Shown here: in pieces, positions 25,883-38,789 of the stretch
How the letters are laid out: each line of letters opens with the position of its first letter
Position numbering within the stretch: the first letter of the stretch is position 1
Origin: Eledone cirrhosa
Lineage: Eukaryota
Assembly (NCBI GenBank): GCA_964016885.1
Contig: OZ024745.1
Span: 47,926,001-47,990,000, forward strand
DNA length: 64,000 bases
Direction: 5' to 3'
Position numbers and translations under genes: made by a program
The notes under the pieces: generated by a model
What the model was told of the DNA's origin: nothing
What the model saw: only the letters and a program-made list of their open reading frames with translations
Database searches by the model: none

Positions 25883-28800
25883 ATAGGTGACATGACAAAA
25901 AGTGTACAGCCCACACAAAAAGTGGTCATTTTGGTGCCATGATAAAAAACATCCAGTATACACAGAAAAATGTGATTGCATTAGAAAGGGCATCAAGCCA
26001 TAGAAACCAAGCCAGAATCAGTTCTGTATCAGCAAGACAGTCATCTGATCTGGCTTGTCTCATAACGAGACAACTCGTCTAAACCAAGCTAGTGTGGAAA
26101 AACAGATGTTAAATGGTGATGATGATGATATATATACAGGGTGGGTGGAAGGAAACTCCCTATTCAAAATTGTTAATGACACTGGTGTATCTTTACAGCT
26201 GTAGGAAATATATATACATTCACCCACAAATGTATTGCGTAGTATCTCCCTTTGCTCAAACAAATCTCACTATGACAAAAAGTACCCAGTCAACTCTGTA
26301 AGGAGGTAGTGCTGGGCCACGAAAAAAAAAAGCACCCAAGTGCTGGTGCCACAAAAAAGCACCCAGTCTACCCAGTAAAGTGGGCCTACTGGTGCCACAA
26401 AAAAAGCTCACAGTACACATTCTAAGCTAGCTGGCATTAGGAAGAGCATCCAACCTAGAAAACCAAGCCAAAAACAGGGCATATGAGCAAGATGTGGTCA
26501 CCCAACTTGTTTGGCCAAAGCAGACACTGTCTAACCCATGCAAGTATGGGAATAGACATGTGATGATGATGATAGTGGCTGTGTGTGTGTGTGGGTGTAG
26601 AAACTTTTCAGAGAAATCAGTCACAACATATCAAGTACTACTAGATTATGTAAGCCTCTTATATTAAACATGTTAACACCATGTATATTCATATATCAAA
26701 TATGGTTTATAATAGAAACAAATGTTTTGAGGGCAATTACACATGAATTAACAAAATAAATGTAATGATAATAATTGTAAAAAAAAAAACATGATATCAA
26801 CAAAATACTTCCACAACAATAGTCTATAAAGGCAAGATTAGCAACAATAAAATTAGTTTTGTTTTTCTTTTTTTTTCCAACAGCAATAGTATAGAAAGGG
26901 GTGGCAGACAGACAGGTATCTAAATTAGTCCTGTCACTTGGAAAATATTTTTTTCTATTCTGAATAAATTTTACTAGTAATGTTTGTATTTAGACACATA
27001 AAATTAGGAGTAGATGAACCATATTTTACATTAATGGAAGAATTTAGCAGACAATTTTGAAAGTATATATATATATATATATATATTTATTCTAAAACAT
27101 TGCAGCATTGTCATATAGCTACCATCAAATAGAAAGGTCAGTTTTATGGTGTTTTACATAGACTGTTGACAACAGTAGTAGCAGCAGTAGCAGCCTCAAT
27201 AACGAATGAACGAAAAAAAGCATGAATGAATAAAACTGATTTCTTACCCATTCAGTTGACTCTTAAAATATCATACACCAGATCGCAGCTAAATGAGACA
27301 ACCCAACAACACTTTCCTCCAATAAACTACCATGTGTACTTGTATATAAGACATTTTCCCCCCATGAAAAGACCTGAAAATCAGCATGCAACTTATCTAC
27401 TGGTCCTACAAAACCTCAATTTCAAAATAAATGGTACACTGTAAATATTGCATGTAAAATGGAGATGTAACTATACACATCTATATACAGTCTGTATCTT
27501 AATGCATTATAGTTAATGAATGTGTACACATATATATGTATGTGTGTAATAAAAAAAAATCTAGCTCTAATTAGTTACTGAAATTATTTCTTACTCTTTT
27601 TTAAGTCACTTTAGCATGCCAGATAAACTGACAACTGTCGATCTAAATTTGATGTTTTCTTTTTCTTTCATCATTAGATTTTCTGCAGCTACGTATAGGG
27701 ACCTGAAAATTTGTTCTCAATCATTTATGTTTGCTTACAGAAAACATCCTTTTCATTCATTCCATAATGAAGCATAACCAACCTTCTAATAATGTGATGT
27801 ACATCTATCTGGGTGCGTAAACAGTTCCAAATATGACCAGAAAGATCTGCATAAAACCATGCCAGTTGGAAAGAAGTGTTGCACATGAATACACACAAAC
27901 ACTCAGCCTTGTGTGCTACAAAGCAACAGAATGCTCGTTACATCAGTTCTTAATACTAATTTGTTTTATTTACAGAGTAAAAGTAACAACAAAATAATGT
28001 AATAAACAGGTAAAATAAGATAAGGTGATGTGCTCAGACTAGATATTTTGGATTAATCGACTTAACATCAATAGTGTGTGCAACTGACTGCAGTTTATTT
28101 TAAGAAGGTTAGACAATTTTATACAACCAAAAAAGTTAGTCTGATTCATTCACTCCACAACTTTTTTTTCCAAAGAAATATAAAACAGGAGACAAAAATA
28201 AAAAGGAAAATCATTAATTAATGTTGAAGCTTAAGAAGTAATTATTAACCCTTTCATTGCCATATTTCTGATAAAACACAATGCTTACGATTCTCAAATA
28301 ATTTTTTTAATAAATCAAGAATTTAACTAACCTTTTCACTATAAAGCTAGTATTTGGAGCATAACTTAAAAGGCACATATAAAATTATAAAATGTTTTTA
28401 GATAAACATAAACACTTTAAAATAATTTTGATAATAAAACCAGAGGTGGTTTGGTATCAGAAGTGTTAGATACTAATATGCAGAGAAATGATAATTGATG
28501 CAATACTTGTGATGAAATAAACGCAGAGGGAAGGATTACATAATCTTTATACATAACATAAAGTGAATTTAATTTTAACATTTAAAGTTTTACCAGAGAA
28601 AGTGAGCAGCAATGACCTTTGCCAACCAACAGCATGAAGGAGAAAGTGTGATGAAATTTTTTTTTTTATAAAATGAATTTAAAAATTAAAAGATAAAATA
28701 AATATAAAGACAATGTTAAACATTATTAACAAATTGATGTGGTACACAATAGCAAAACAGAAGTGTAAATTTCAACTACCTGAGAATTATAAATACCGTG

Positions 28801-31800
28801 TTAGACAGTTAAAGATGTGTGTGGGTGAGAGAAAGAGACTGAGTGAGAGAGAGAGAAAGAGTGTGTGAGACACAGACAACAAATATAAATAGAAAGAAGA
28901 GCAGAGAAAAGATATTGTATACATAAGCATGAGGCTGAGAAAGTAAGACCATATTTTTGTTTTCAACTGTATTAATTACCAATAATCAAATGGTACACTC
29001 TTCATTTACAGAATCAGAAAAAAATAGATTATTTTTTTTGTTCCATGAATGTAAGGAACAAGCAATATGTTTATTACCTGAAATTGATGACAAAAAAATT
29101 GATTTTGTGCAGTCAAATTCAGATGTATATCGAGAGTACATTAGAACATTATCATTTGTGTGATATAGTTTGATCAGAGAGAAAGAGACACAGAGGGAGA
29201 GGAAGTAGTTTTCTAAATTATAGGTGTGTATAGATAGAGAGAGAGAGGAAATATTTTACTAAATTATAGGTGTGCAGAGAGAGAGAGAGAAACAGGTTGC
29301 TGGTAGGGAGATTAGTGATTAAATATGTAAACACACCAGGGGAAAAAAAAAAAACCCATTTGTCATTTCCTTGACTCTTTCAAAGTTGACAGAAAATAAG
29401 ATGTGAATGAGACACATTAATACGGAATTAATATCAACATTAATAAACAACAACTGAATATTGAAATATATTAGCTATTATGATAGACTTACAGCCAAGT
29501 CTACTGCTGCAGATATGATGTGGTAGAAGCCTCATGTATTATGCAGGTTTGTTAGAGCAACTGAAACCGTGGAGAGGGAGAGGGAGAGAGAGGAAGAGAA
29601 AGAGAGAGGGGGGGGGGGGGGGGTGTTTCCCTATGTTATATTAGAAATGGGACGGCAGACAGCAACTGCGCCACAGCCAGTGCAGAATAAAGATATATTG
29701 ATTAATCTATTGGGCAGTGAAAGTATTGAAATAGGGGTGGCAGTTATTGAACAAATGTCAAACAGGTGGAACTGCTAAATCATAGTTACTTTTAATTTAG
29801 AATGTGATAGTTAAAGCAATATAAAATAAAAAATAGTTAAATATATTAGCAGTAGCCCCCCCCCCCCCCCCTTCTGAAATCATTTTTATATTTTCTACAT
29901 ACAAACACTAAGTAATAATAAATCTTTATTTTTCTCACTTAAAAATAATGTAACAAAGATTATTATTATTTTTTTTTATTAAGCAGAATCATTAGTGTCA
30001 GACAAAATATCTTACAGTAATTACTCACAGCCCTTTACATTCCGAGTTCAACTTTGCCTTTCATCCCTCCAGGGTCAGTAAAATAATGTATCAGTCAAGT
30101 ACTGGAGTTGATTTAACCCTTTTCTGACCATATTTCTATTGAAATACACTATTTCAACCAATTAATGATGAAATTTGAAGGATTTACTCATTACTAAGAT
30201 AGTAGCTTAACATATGGCTCTCATATAAAATTATGTTGGAAAATTTAAATTCAAATAGGAATCCTTTAAAATGGATAGTTTGTTTCATACAACCAGAGCC
30301 AGTTTTGGCTGGGTTGGGATTAAGAGTTAATCAAAATTGCCTTTCCCATAAAAGTGCTGGCCTTATACTTAAATTAGAAATCATGTCTATCATTAAAGGT
30401 AGAGGATTAGCAGAATAGGTAAAGTGTTGGCTAAACTGCCTTTGTGACATTTCGACAGTCCCTTTATATTCTGTGTTCAAATCATCAACTTAGATTTTCA
30501 TCTTTATAAAGTTCCAATTAAGTATGGGTGTAGATTTGACTTTCCCTTTCCCTAAAATTAACCACTTTGTACCTAAATTAGAAACTATTATTACGTGGCG
30601 TATTGGCAAAATCATTAGTGTCAGATAAAATATTTTGTAGCATTTGTTCTGGCTTGTTACATTCTGGGGTTCAAATCCTGCCAAGACCAATTTTGCCTTC
30701 CATTCTTTTAGGTTCAATAAAATAAAATACCAGTCATGTACTAGGGCTGATGTACCCCCCCCCCTCTACACACACACACACACGCACCAAAACATATTGC
30801 CGGTCTTCTAAATTAGAGACCATTATTACTATCCTCATTATTTGCTAAGTTTTCCTGTCTTTTTCTTATTTATAGATATATTCTAAGTGAAGTGGTTTGC
30901 TTAAAATATTAACCTGCCATACTTATATCAACATTTTACTACCAAAAGATATATTTTAATTTATTTCAATGAAAATGTAAAGTGAGACTAGTGAAATAAT
31001 GATTGATAAGGTACTAAGATTGTAATTATATTTTTAATCATAATCATTAAGATTAATGTCACTAATTAACTTGTAATTAATTAAGATTATTGACAAAGTT
31101 GTTTTGTTTCATTTTGTTTTCTCTACAAAAGAGTTGTCAGTTGGCCAAGTTGATAGTGTATCAGCTGAGCAACTGCAAGTCAATGGCTCGAAACTCATTA
31201 GTGGCACACATTGGGTCTAGAAGCAAAACAGCCTATCTCTCACAAGCATAGTCCACTTGACATTGTTAAGCAGACATGTTGAGTGAAAAGTTACTATGAA
31301 TTGGTAGTCAGATTAAACATTACTTCAGGATAATGCCAGATACAAATATGTAAAAATATAGTTCTTATGACCCATTCAACCCATGATACTAAAGAAAACC
31401 AAATTTTATTCGAAAGAACTGAATACAAAGAATAAACATTAACTTTTAACGTTCTGTACTGCATAAAACTACATTAGCAAGACATTCACAAAAAACACAA
31501 AATGATACAATGACTGCATCACATTAAGTTTACTACAAATTTTCACATTGAATTGTCCACTAGTAAAGAAACTGTAACAACATTTGAATTAATAAACCCG
31601 TTTTTAGATATTTTCTGCTTAATCATTACGGAGTGTTAAGAATTAAGAAAATTATTTCCCTTTCTATTAACTATTTGTTGTGCTAGAAAAACAATCATCA
31701 CTGCAGCTGCAGTTGCTAGTTTCCCCCTCTATACAATATAGGAAAACATCAATAAAATAATGATTTAAAAAAATATGCAACGACCAGTATCAAAGTATTG

Positions 31801-32371
31801 CAAGATATTTTAATGTTAACTTTTTGATATCAAAGTGCCCCTGGTTTTAAAGTGTATATATTTACCTAAAAATTTTCCATCATATTTTCTAAATACCAGC
31901 TTTTTAATGGAAGTTTGTTATATTACTAAATCCATCAAAATTCTTGATAACTTTTCAAAGTCAAAAAATCATAGGCAGCATCTTTCATCAAAAGTATGAT
32001 GATGAAAGGGTTAAATGCACATCAATTTTACAGTGGTGCTATTAACCCTTTCCATGGCTGTATTTCTTATTAATTAATTAAGGAAGGATTTTTGTTACTA
32101 AGATAGTAACTTAATATGGTTTTATTTCAAAAGGGTTAAAAAGTAATGAACTATATATACAACTAAAACAGATGGGCAGGATTTTAAAAGCTAAGACCAG
32201 GTTTTAGCATTTTGTAATACTTTGGCAGAAAATACCCCAAAACAGGTTTGTTTTTGCAGTATTAGAGAATAAGGACTTTAATTTTTCAAGTGATGTGGTC
32301 ATAGTTCTGTTTCATACTATTTTAAAGAATGCCATTACTATTGCAGTTTCTTGAAGTACAGTACTTTTGAG

Positions 32372-32415
32372 TATATCAGTGACTCTGTTCAGTAATGAAC
32401 AGAGTCACTGATATA
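32372..32415. repeat. Perfect 20-bp hairpin with 4-nt loop
   Basis: TATATCAGTGACTCTGTTCA-GTAA-TGAACAGAGTCACTGATATA. Confidence 0.92.
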
Positions 32416-33039
32416 ATATACAAGAATAATGATATTTTCAACAGAATACTTTGAGTTCAGCCAGAAAGTATGATATATTCACTTATTTTTAACCATGTAT
32501 TTCTATTTCAGTTATTTTGCTGAAAATAAAGTATCTCTTATTCTTTACTTTCTTGAATGACTCAGTTAAGATCCACTCTTTTCTATTATCCTCCCAACTA
32601 TTCGAGGTTTCATTATGTTGTCATTAGCAATACATATAGCAGAAAATCTGATAGCTTTAACCCATTTGATACCTAGGTTCTACAATATAAAGGTGTTTAT
32701 TTTAAAGTGGTATATATTTATCAAAAAACCATCCATCATAATTTTATGTAAGACATCTGCTTAAAAAATGAGAAAGTTATTTTATTAATTCCCTCCAAAT
32801 TCTTTATTACTTTCAAGATCATTTGACAATTATAAGTAGTGTCTTTTATGAGAAATATAGTAAGGAAAAGGTGAAAAGGTTTTTTTAAGTACAGCTCAGA
32901 ATCCACAGGACATAATTCTAAACAATGCAATTTGTGGGAGATTTTGTAGCTATTTCAAACACACGGAGCAATCATATAGAGGCTTGTTTGTTGATTCTAG
33001 ACACTTGAGTTTCGTGGCTTAGTTAACAGGCAATATTAA

Positions 33040-33247
33040 CCCTTTAATGTTCAAACCGGCCAAAATTCTCTACCTTTTTCTGTTGAAACTGGCTGTAACT
33101 GGTCACTCAAACTGATGTTAAGGTTTTGTTCTCAAAATAAATACTTTCAAAATCTCATAGATTCGATATTATGTGAGATAATTATGAGATAAAGCATTTA
33201 CCATGAAAATATAATAGTATATATAGAGTAATGTGAATACTAAAGGG
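33040..33247. mobile_element. piggyBac-type MITE (TTAA target duplication, CCC...GGG ends)
   Basis: TTAA|CCCTTTAATGTTCA ... TGAATACTAAAGGG|TTAA; close relative at ~48435-48642; a related ttaaccc/gggttaa family recurs at ~28246, 30113, 32042, 39585 and 56761. Confidence 0.78.
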
Positions 33248-34309
33248 TTAAGAGGCAGTGTGATCATTGTTAACTGTGCCAAATAGAGGAGCATTCTTAT
33301 TTTACCAAAGAAAGAGACATTACTAGACATGAAACTGCAATGTTAATTCTATTAAACATGGATCCATATATAGCTAGTGTCCAATATATTGATTATTGAA
33401 CATTTCTTTGGCTTATAAGATATTCTGAGAAAGAAAAAGGTTAGGAAAAAGATTAATCCAGAAAATAAAAAAATAAAAAAAACTGATATATAACCAATGA
33501 TTTGTTCAGTTTCTGGATAGGTTCCACATTCTGCTTATTCTATAATTACAACACCCATTCTACTAAAACCTATAAACTACACAGCTGTTTTGTTTTTATT
33601 TTGTTCACTTCCTAACACTTACATAAAGAAATTTAACTAAACTAACCCTTCTATTCAACATCATCATCATATTATGTCTGCTTTCCATACTAGAATATGT
33701 TGGACAGGTTGTCACAGTCTGAGAATGTTGAACAATCCTGTCTTGCTCATACTGCCCATATTTCAGCATGGTTTCTAAGGCTAAATGCCCATTTGCCAAC
33801 CACCTCACATAATGTACTGAGTGCTTTTATCATGGCACCAGTACTAACACTTTGCAAAGTGGACTGAATGCATTTTATTATGGGACCAATACTACCACTT
33901 TACAGAGTGTATTGAATGCATTTTATTATGGCACCAGCACCACCACTTTACAGGATGTACTATATGCATATTATCATAAGAGAAAAAAACATACAAAGTA
34001 AAAATAATTTCGAGACAATTTTTTCCACTTATTTACTTCTTTATGGAGCGTAAAGTTGTTAAATTTGTTTTTTTCTGAGATAACTTTACACTACATTTTG
34101 ACTTTGAGAAAAGATATGAGAAAACCCTTATGCTGCTTTCAGGACATGTGAAAAAGATATAAAATATGCTGGTCAGAGATAATACAAGACCCTAGTTTTT
34201 CTTTTTTAAAAGAGATTATAGTATTGATTAAAGGAATAAAGTATTAATTCGTTTACATCATAATATTAAAGCTATAATAAAGTATCTGAAAAGTGTCTTG
34301 CATAAGAAA

Positions 34310-34931
34310 AGATAAATTCTTTGTTGTCAAGTTCAAGTGTCTCAGGGCCATGTTCACGAGTGATAAAAGGCAGGAGGCTGAATTAAGTGCAAGAATTGCA
34401 GGAGCTGGTGTTGTAATGCACCAGCTTCAGCATTCGGTAACCAGAAGAAGAGAGACAGGTGTAAAAGTTAAACTTGCAATCTTCAATTTGGTATTCATGC
34501 CAACCTTTACCTATGTCATGAATCTTGGGTAATGGCTGAAAGAATACAAGCAACTGAAATGGGGTTCCTCCAAAGGGTCTTTGGAGTAACGTTATTTGAT
34601 AGAGTGTGGAGCTTGGAGATCAGAGAGTCATTTCAGATAGAGCTGCTACTTCTCTGAATTGAGAGATCACAGCTCCGATACTATGGGCATGTGGTTAGAA
34701 TGTCTCAGGAAAGAATCGCTGGACAGATTTTATGGGCAAAACCAATCAGCAGGAGACACAGGAGTAGAGCCCGAGCAAGATAGTTGAATAACATCTATGA
34801 GCTCAGCTGGTCTCGTTTGGGGATCCAGCCAGATCGGTTGGACATGGTTGCTTCTGACAGGACCTGCTGGAAGGAGTGTTTGATGACTCTGCCCCCACGA
34901 CTCTCTCAGGAATAAGTGGGCGAAGAAGAAG
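34310..34931 (+). mobile_element. Expander/Rex3-like RTE LINE 3' fragment with (GAA)n tail
   Basis: FTSDKRQEAELSARI..KLAIF..PTFTY, ESWVM..IQATEMGFL, IERSQLRYYGHVVRM, LPPR; distinct from the PHD-finger RTE. Confidence 0.8.
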
Positions 34932-35591
34932 TAGTAATTGAAATAGAGTGTATTTCAAAAGATTGTCATTCGGAATTTCCAGTTGTCCTCTACACTATAT
35001 GTACCTAGTTTGTCACCCCTCTCATCTCCTGCATCCTGTAAGGTCTTTCTAAACCTATATTTAACTGAAAGGTCCTTTAGCTTCCAAACCCACCATCTCC
35101 ATATTTTCCTGCGTATCTTGCTCTGTCTAGTGTTTATTTTGATGTCGCTAATAACTAACTAGTGTTGGGCGGGGCATTCTTCCCCAGGGAAGGCCTCATC
35201 TACCATAAATTATACTCCACTATACAATCACTAGTTCCACTTATAGAACTAATTGCCATCAATGTAACAAACAACAATTACTAATTTCAGTCTCTCAGCA
35301 AGCTCTGAAGATGCCTTCCGCCTTCAATCAGCAAGATCAACAAATGAGCCATGGTGACTTCTTTGACAAGTGCTTATCATTATGATTGGTTTGGAGCAGT
35401 TCTCGGCAAGTGGCGGCTAGGTTTAGTTGCCTGGGATTGTACAAACAATGGTTTTGCTCTTGACTTTACGTCATTTCTCATTGTTTAGCAACCATGAGAA
35501 AACTAGAGGCACCCCCATTTTTGTGTTTTGCGAGGTACACCGTTATCTGTCTCTAATTTGATCAGCTTGCTCACCACTGAGAAGCTATAAC

Positions 35592-36294
35592 ACATCATCA
35601 TCATCATCGTTTAACGTCCATCTTCCACGCTTGCATGGGTTTGGACGGGAGTTTTCCCACTTGAGGCAAGATTGGTTGTCCTGCTCGTATAGGACTGTCT
35701 GGTGGGTTTTCTATGGCTGGATGCCCTTCCTAACACCAACCACGTTTACAGTGTGGACTGGGAGGTTTTTACCGTGTTACCTACACGGCCACATTACAGC
35801 GTGGACTGTGTTTTTTTGTCGTGACACCTACACAACGTCATTTGTTTCGGACTGGATGTTGTGGTACCAACATAACTTTACATTGAAGGGGGTTGTGTGG
35901 ATGGGGTGGGGGTAGTTGGACAGGGGTGTATTTTTGTTAGAGCTGCCTACTGACTGTAGGTTTTGCTTTGTACTTAGGCAAGGCGGGTCTTCTGTATTAC
36001 TGTGTAGCACCAAAGATCTCAGTCCAGTGACATTGTCTTGGAGAGGTGTAAGTGTGTGAGGTCGGAATTTATCAAGTCGTCCCAGGTTTTTCTGGGTCTA
36101 CCTACTCCGTGGCTACCGTCTATTTTTATCGCCCTGCACTTTTTTATACAGCTGTCGTCTTTCATGCGCATCACGTGACCGTACCAACGTAGTCTTCTCT
36201 CGAGTAAACAACATCTGATCCCTCTTATTCCTAATTTCTCCCTTAGTTCGTTTATGCTTTGCCGTTCACGTATATTACTATTACACATCCATCC
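35592..36294 (-). mobile_element. Young 5'-truncated copy of the RTE at 43878-47935
   Basis: Near-identical to 43878-44580; ORF 36019..36288 matches the RT C-terminus. Confidence 0.92.
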
Positions 36295-36911
36295 TCAGGC
36301 AAATTTCATCATTATTGCTATGTAAACGTAGACACCTAGGTATTTGGGTTTTATGACCAGCTCAATCAGCTGGTCATATATGAAAGGGTTAAAAGGTATT
36401 CTATTTTGCATCCTGTCAATATGTGAGATGTCCATATGTCTTTCAAAGTTATTTGATAGTAACTGAATTCCTATCATTTACAATATGACTCTTTTTGTAC
36501 TCACATTTGTTTCACAATTCAACATTTTTACATCTACCAGCCTATTCACATAAAACATTGGTGAAATGCCAACTTAACTGAAAGTTAAGATCTATGCCAA
36601 GACGAAATATAATTTCCTTCAATTCTGTTTCACTTATTTCAATACTCAGTGTTTAGTCAGACCACTGTTTCAATCACGGCACTGGCAATATTTTTGCCAC
36701 AGTTTGTCATTAAAAAGGCACCCAACTGTCCTCTACACTATTTCAGTTATCTCTTTCTTTATAAACACTTGCTAGTGCTAAAAAGCACTAACAAGTTTCC
36801 CCACACGTCATTACCTAATTGTGTACCTTCATACTTTCATTTTATTTTCCAACCTAATTACTTATGCAGTTATGTTAATTTTCAATGTCTTCAAAGTGTG
36901 GCGTTAATAAA

Positions 36912-37072
36912 AATAATTGTTTCTACTTTTTGGCACAAGGCCAGCAATTACCCAGTGCATTACTGGTACTTTATTTTATCGACCCCGTAAGGATGAAAGG
37001 CAAAGTTAACCTCGGCGGGATTCGAACTCAGAATGGCAAGGGCCGTAACTATGCGTCAAAGCATAGCGTCTA
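36912..37072 (-). mobile_element. Nin/Deu-domain SINE
   Basis: gagttcgaatcccgccgaggttaactttgcctttcatcc...gtcgataaaataaagtaccag on the minus strand; further copies near 17170, 30410-30820, 38380, 55500 and 58200. Confidence 0.8.
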
Positions 37073-38789
37073 AAAATAATGAAGTACTTTATGATATTTT
37101 GTTATAGCCCTATCATTATCGTATGTAATTATCATTTGAAATTAAATCTCTTATCGGGATCAACTCCACTGTCCATTCCCCCAGTACAGAGATCAATGTT
37201 AGTAACATACATGAATTTGTGTTGACATACACTCAGGATGGGTTGCGTCAACTCCAGCCAATGAATCCATAGCATCATAGACATAAACTGACTATTGACA
37301 GTGATTGCAGACATCTGACACAGATTGTCATCCTGCTACAATTCCAATAGCGAAAACCATATATGTGAGGACCAGATATTTATTCATGATCAAAATTGGT
37401 TGCACTTTATCCACATTTTCAGCTGTCCACTTCACCATTTACACCTTCTTGAGAGGAATCCTGGTGCGATTGCATCACAAATAAATTTACCATGTGGGTG
37501 TCAGTGTGCATGACTAAACCACATGAGGCGCCTTTTGAGTAGGAATTGTTCAAAGGAAGCAATCCAGCAGCAATCATGAATTTATTGTGTGAATGCATGA
37601 TTCATTTAGCAAAGGTAAGTTTGGAGATATGTTTAACTATACAGAAACTGAAAAGGTTATGAATAAAAATGGTTTTACTAATTTGGATGCACCAGACATG
37701 GAGAAGGTGACCGTGGAAGAGGAGTGAGTGTAATCGACTTTCCAAAAACTGAAGAACAAAAGGTTCTGACAGCCTTCATTATTTCAAGCCAACAAAGAAA
37801 CTTTTACAGTCACTTGACCTGCTAAAAATATCAGCCAAATCTCCTACCTTACCATCTTAAAGAAAGATATACTAGATGATGTAGCCCTAAATATACTATG
37901 CCTGAAAGAGATAGGATTGACTCAGGTCTGATCTGGGGTTAAATAGCAACAACATTCAATGTCTAAAAATCTGAGATAGTTGTTAATAAGATTATCATTT
38001 TTTGAAAAAATAAGTACTGGGGTCAATGTGCTCCAGCATGGGCACGGTCTGATGGCTGAAACCAGTAAAAGAAACAAAAGAATTCAAATACATATTACAT
38101 TATTAAATTTATATTATATAATAATAACACAAGTAATCAGAAAACAAATATATTAAACTATTTACAGGAATGTTAGTATCAATCCACTCAGTTAATTGTA
38201 ATCTAAATAGAAATTGCTTAATGAAGAAATAAACTACTAAAGTGTTTAACAAAGTTATATTAGACATTATATAGGCTACTTTTGAGGCAGGAAAGAGAAA
38301 TAGGAATACTGAAAATTGCATATTTTATTTATAAGAAAAATATTTATTTTTCAATACATGTAATGAAAATTTGTAAAAAATAATTCTTTCTAACATTGGC
38401 ACAAGGCCAGCAATTTGTGGGAGGAGAAAGTCAATTACATTGCCCCCCGGAAGGATAAAAGGCTAAGTTGACCTCAAACAAATACTGTTACGCATTTCTC
38501 CAATGCTTCCACCAATCCACCGTCCTAAAATTTGTAAAAATAATGGATATTTATTTCTTCTAACATTAGAGAATCTTTTTACTAAACACAGAACACAACT
38601 AAATAGCTACAAAGGGAGCTATGTAAGCATCTATTTCCTAGGATTTTCACACAAACATCACTCAATCTATCTTAGTTTATCTACATTTCCATGCACATTG
38701 TTGACAAACTATGACCTTACCCCCAGCACAATGGTGATTTATAAGATTCATCAAATGTCTCATCTCTGGAAGAAAAGGCACACTCATTG

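Noticed and set aside
33830-33980. Regularly spaced short repeats resembling a CRISPR array (also 25110-25250 and 52960-53130)
   Set aside because: Degenerate internal tandem units of the SINE/RTE 3' region in a eukaryotic intron; no unique spacers and no cas genes.
37130-37720. Mid-GC segment that might be coding or a transposase remnant
   Set aside because: No recognisable motif or sustained frame on either strand; left unclassified.
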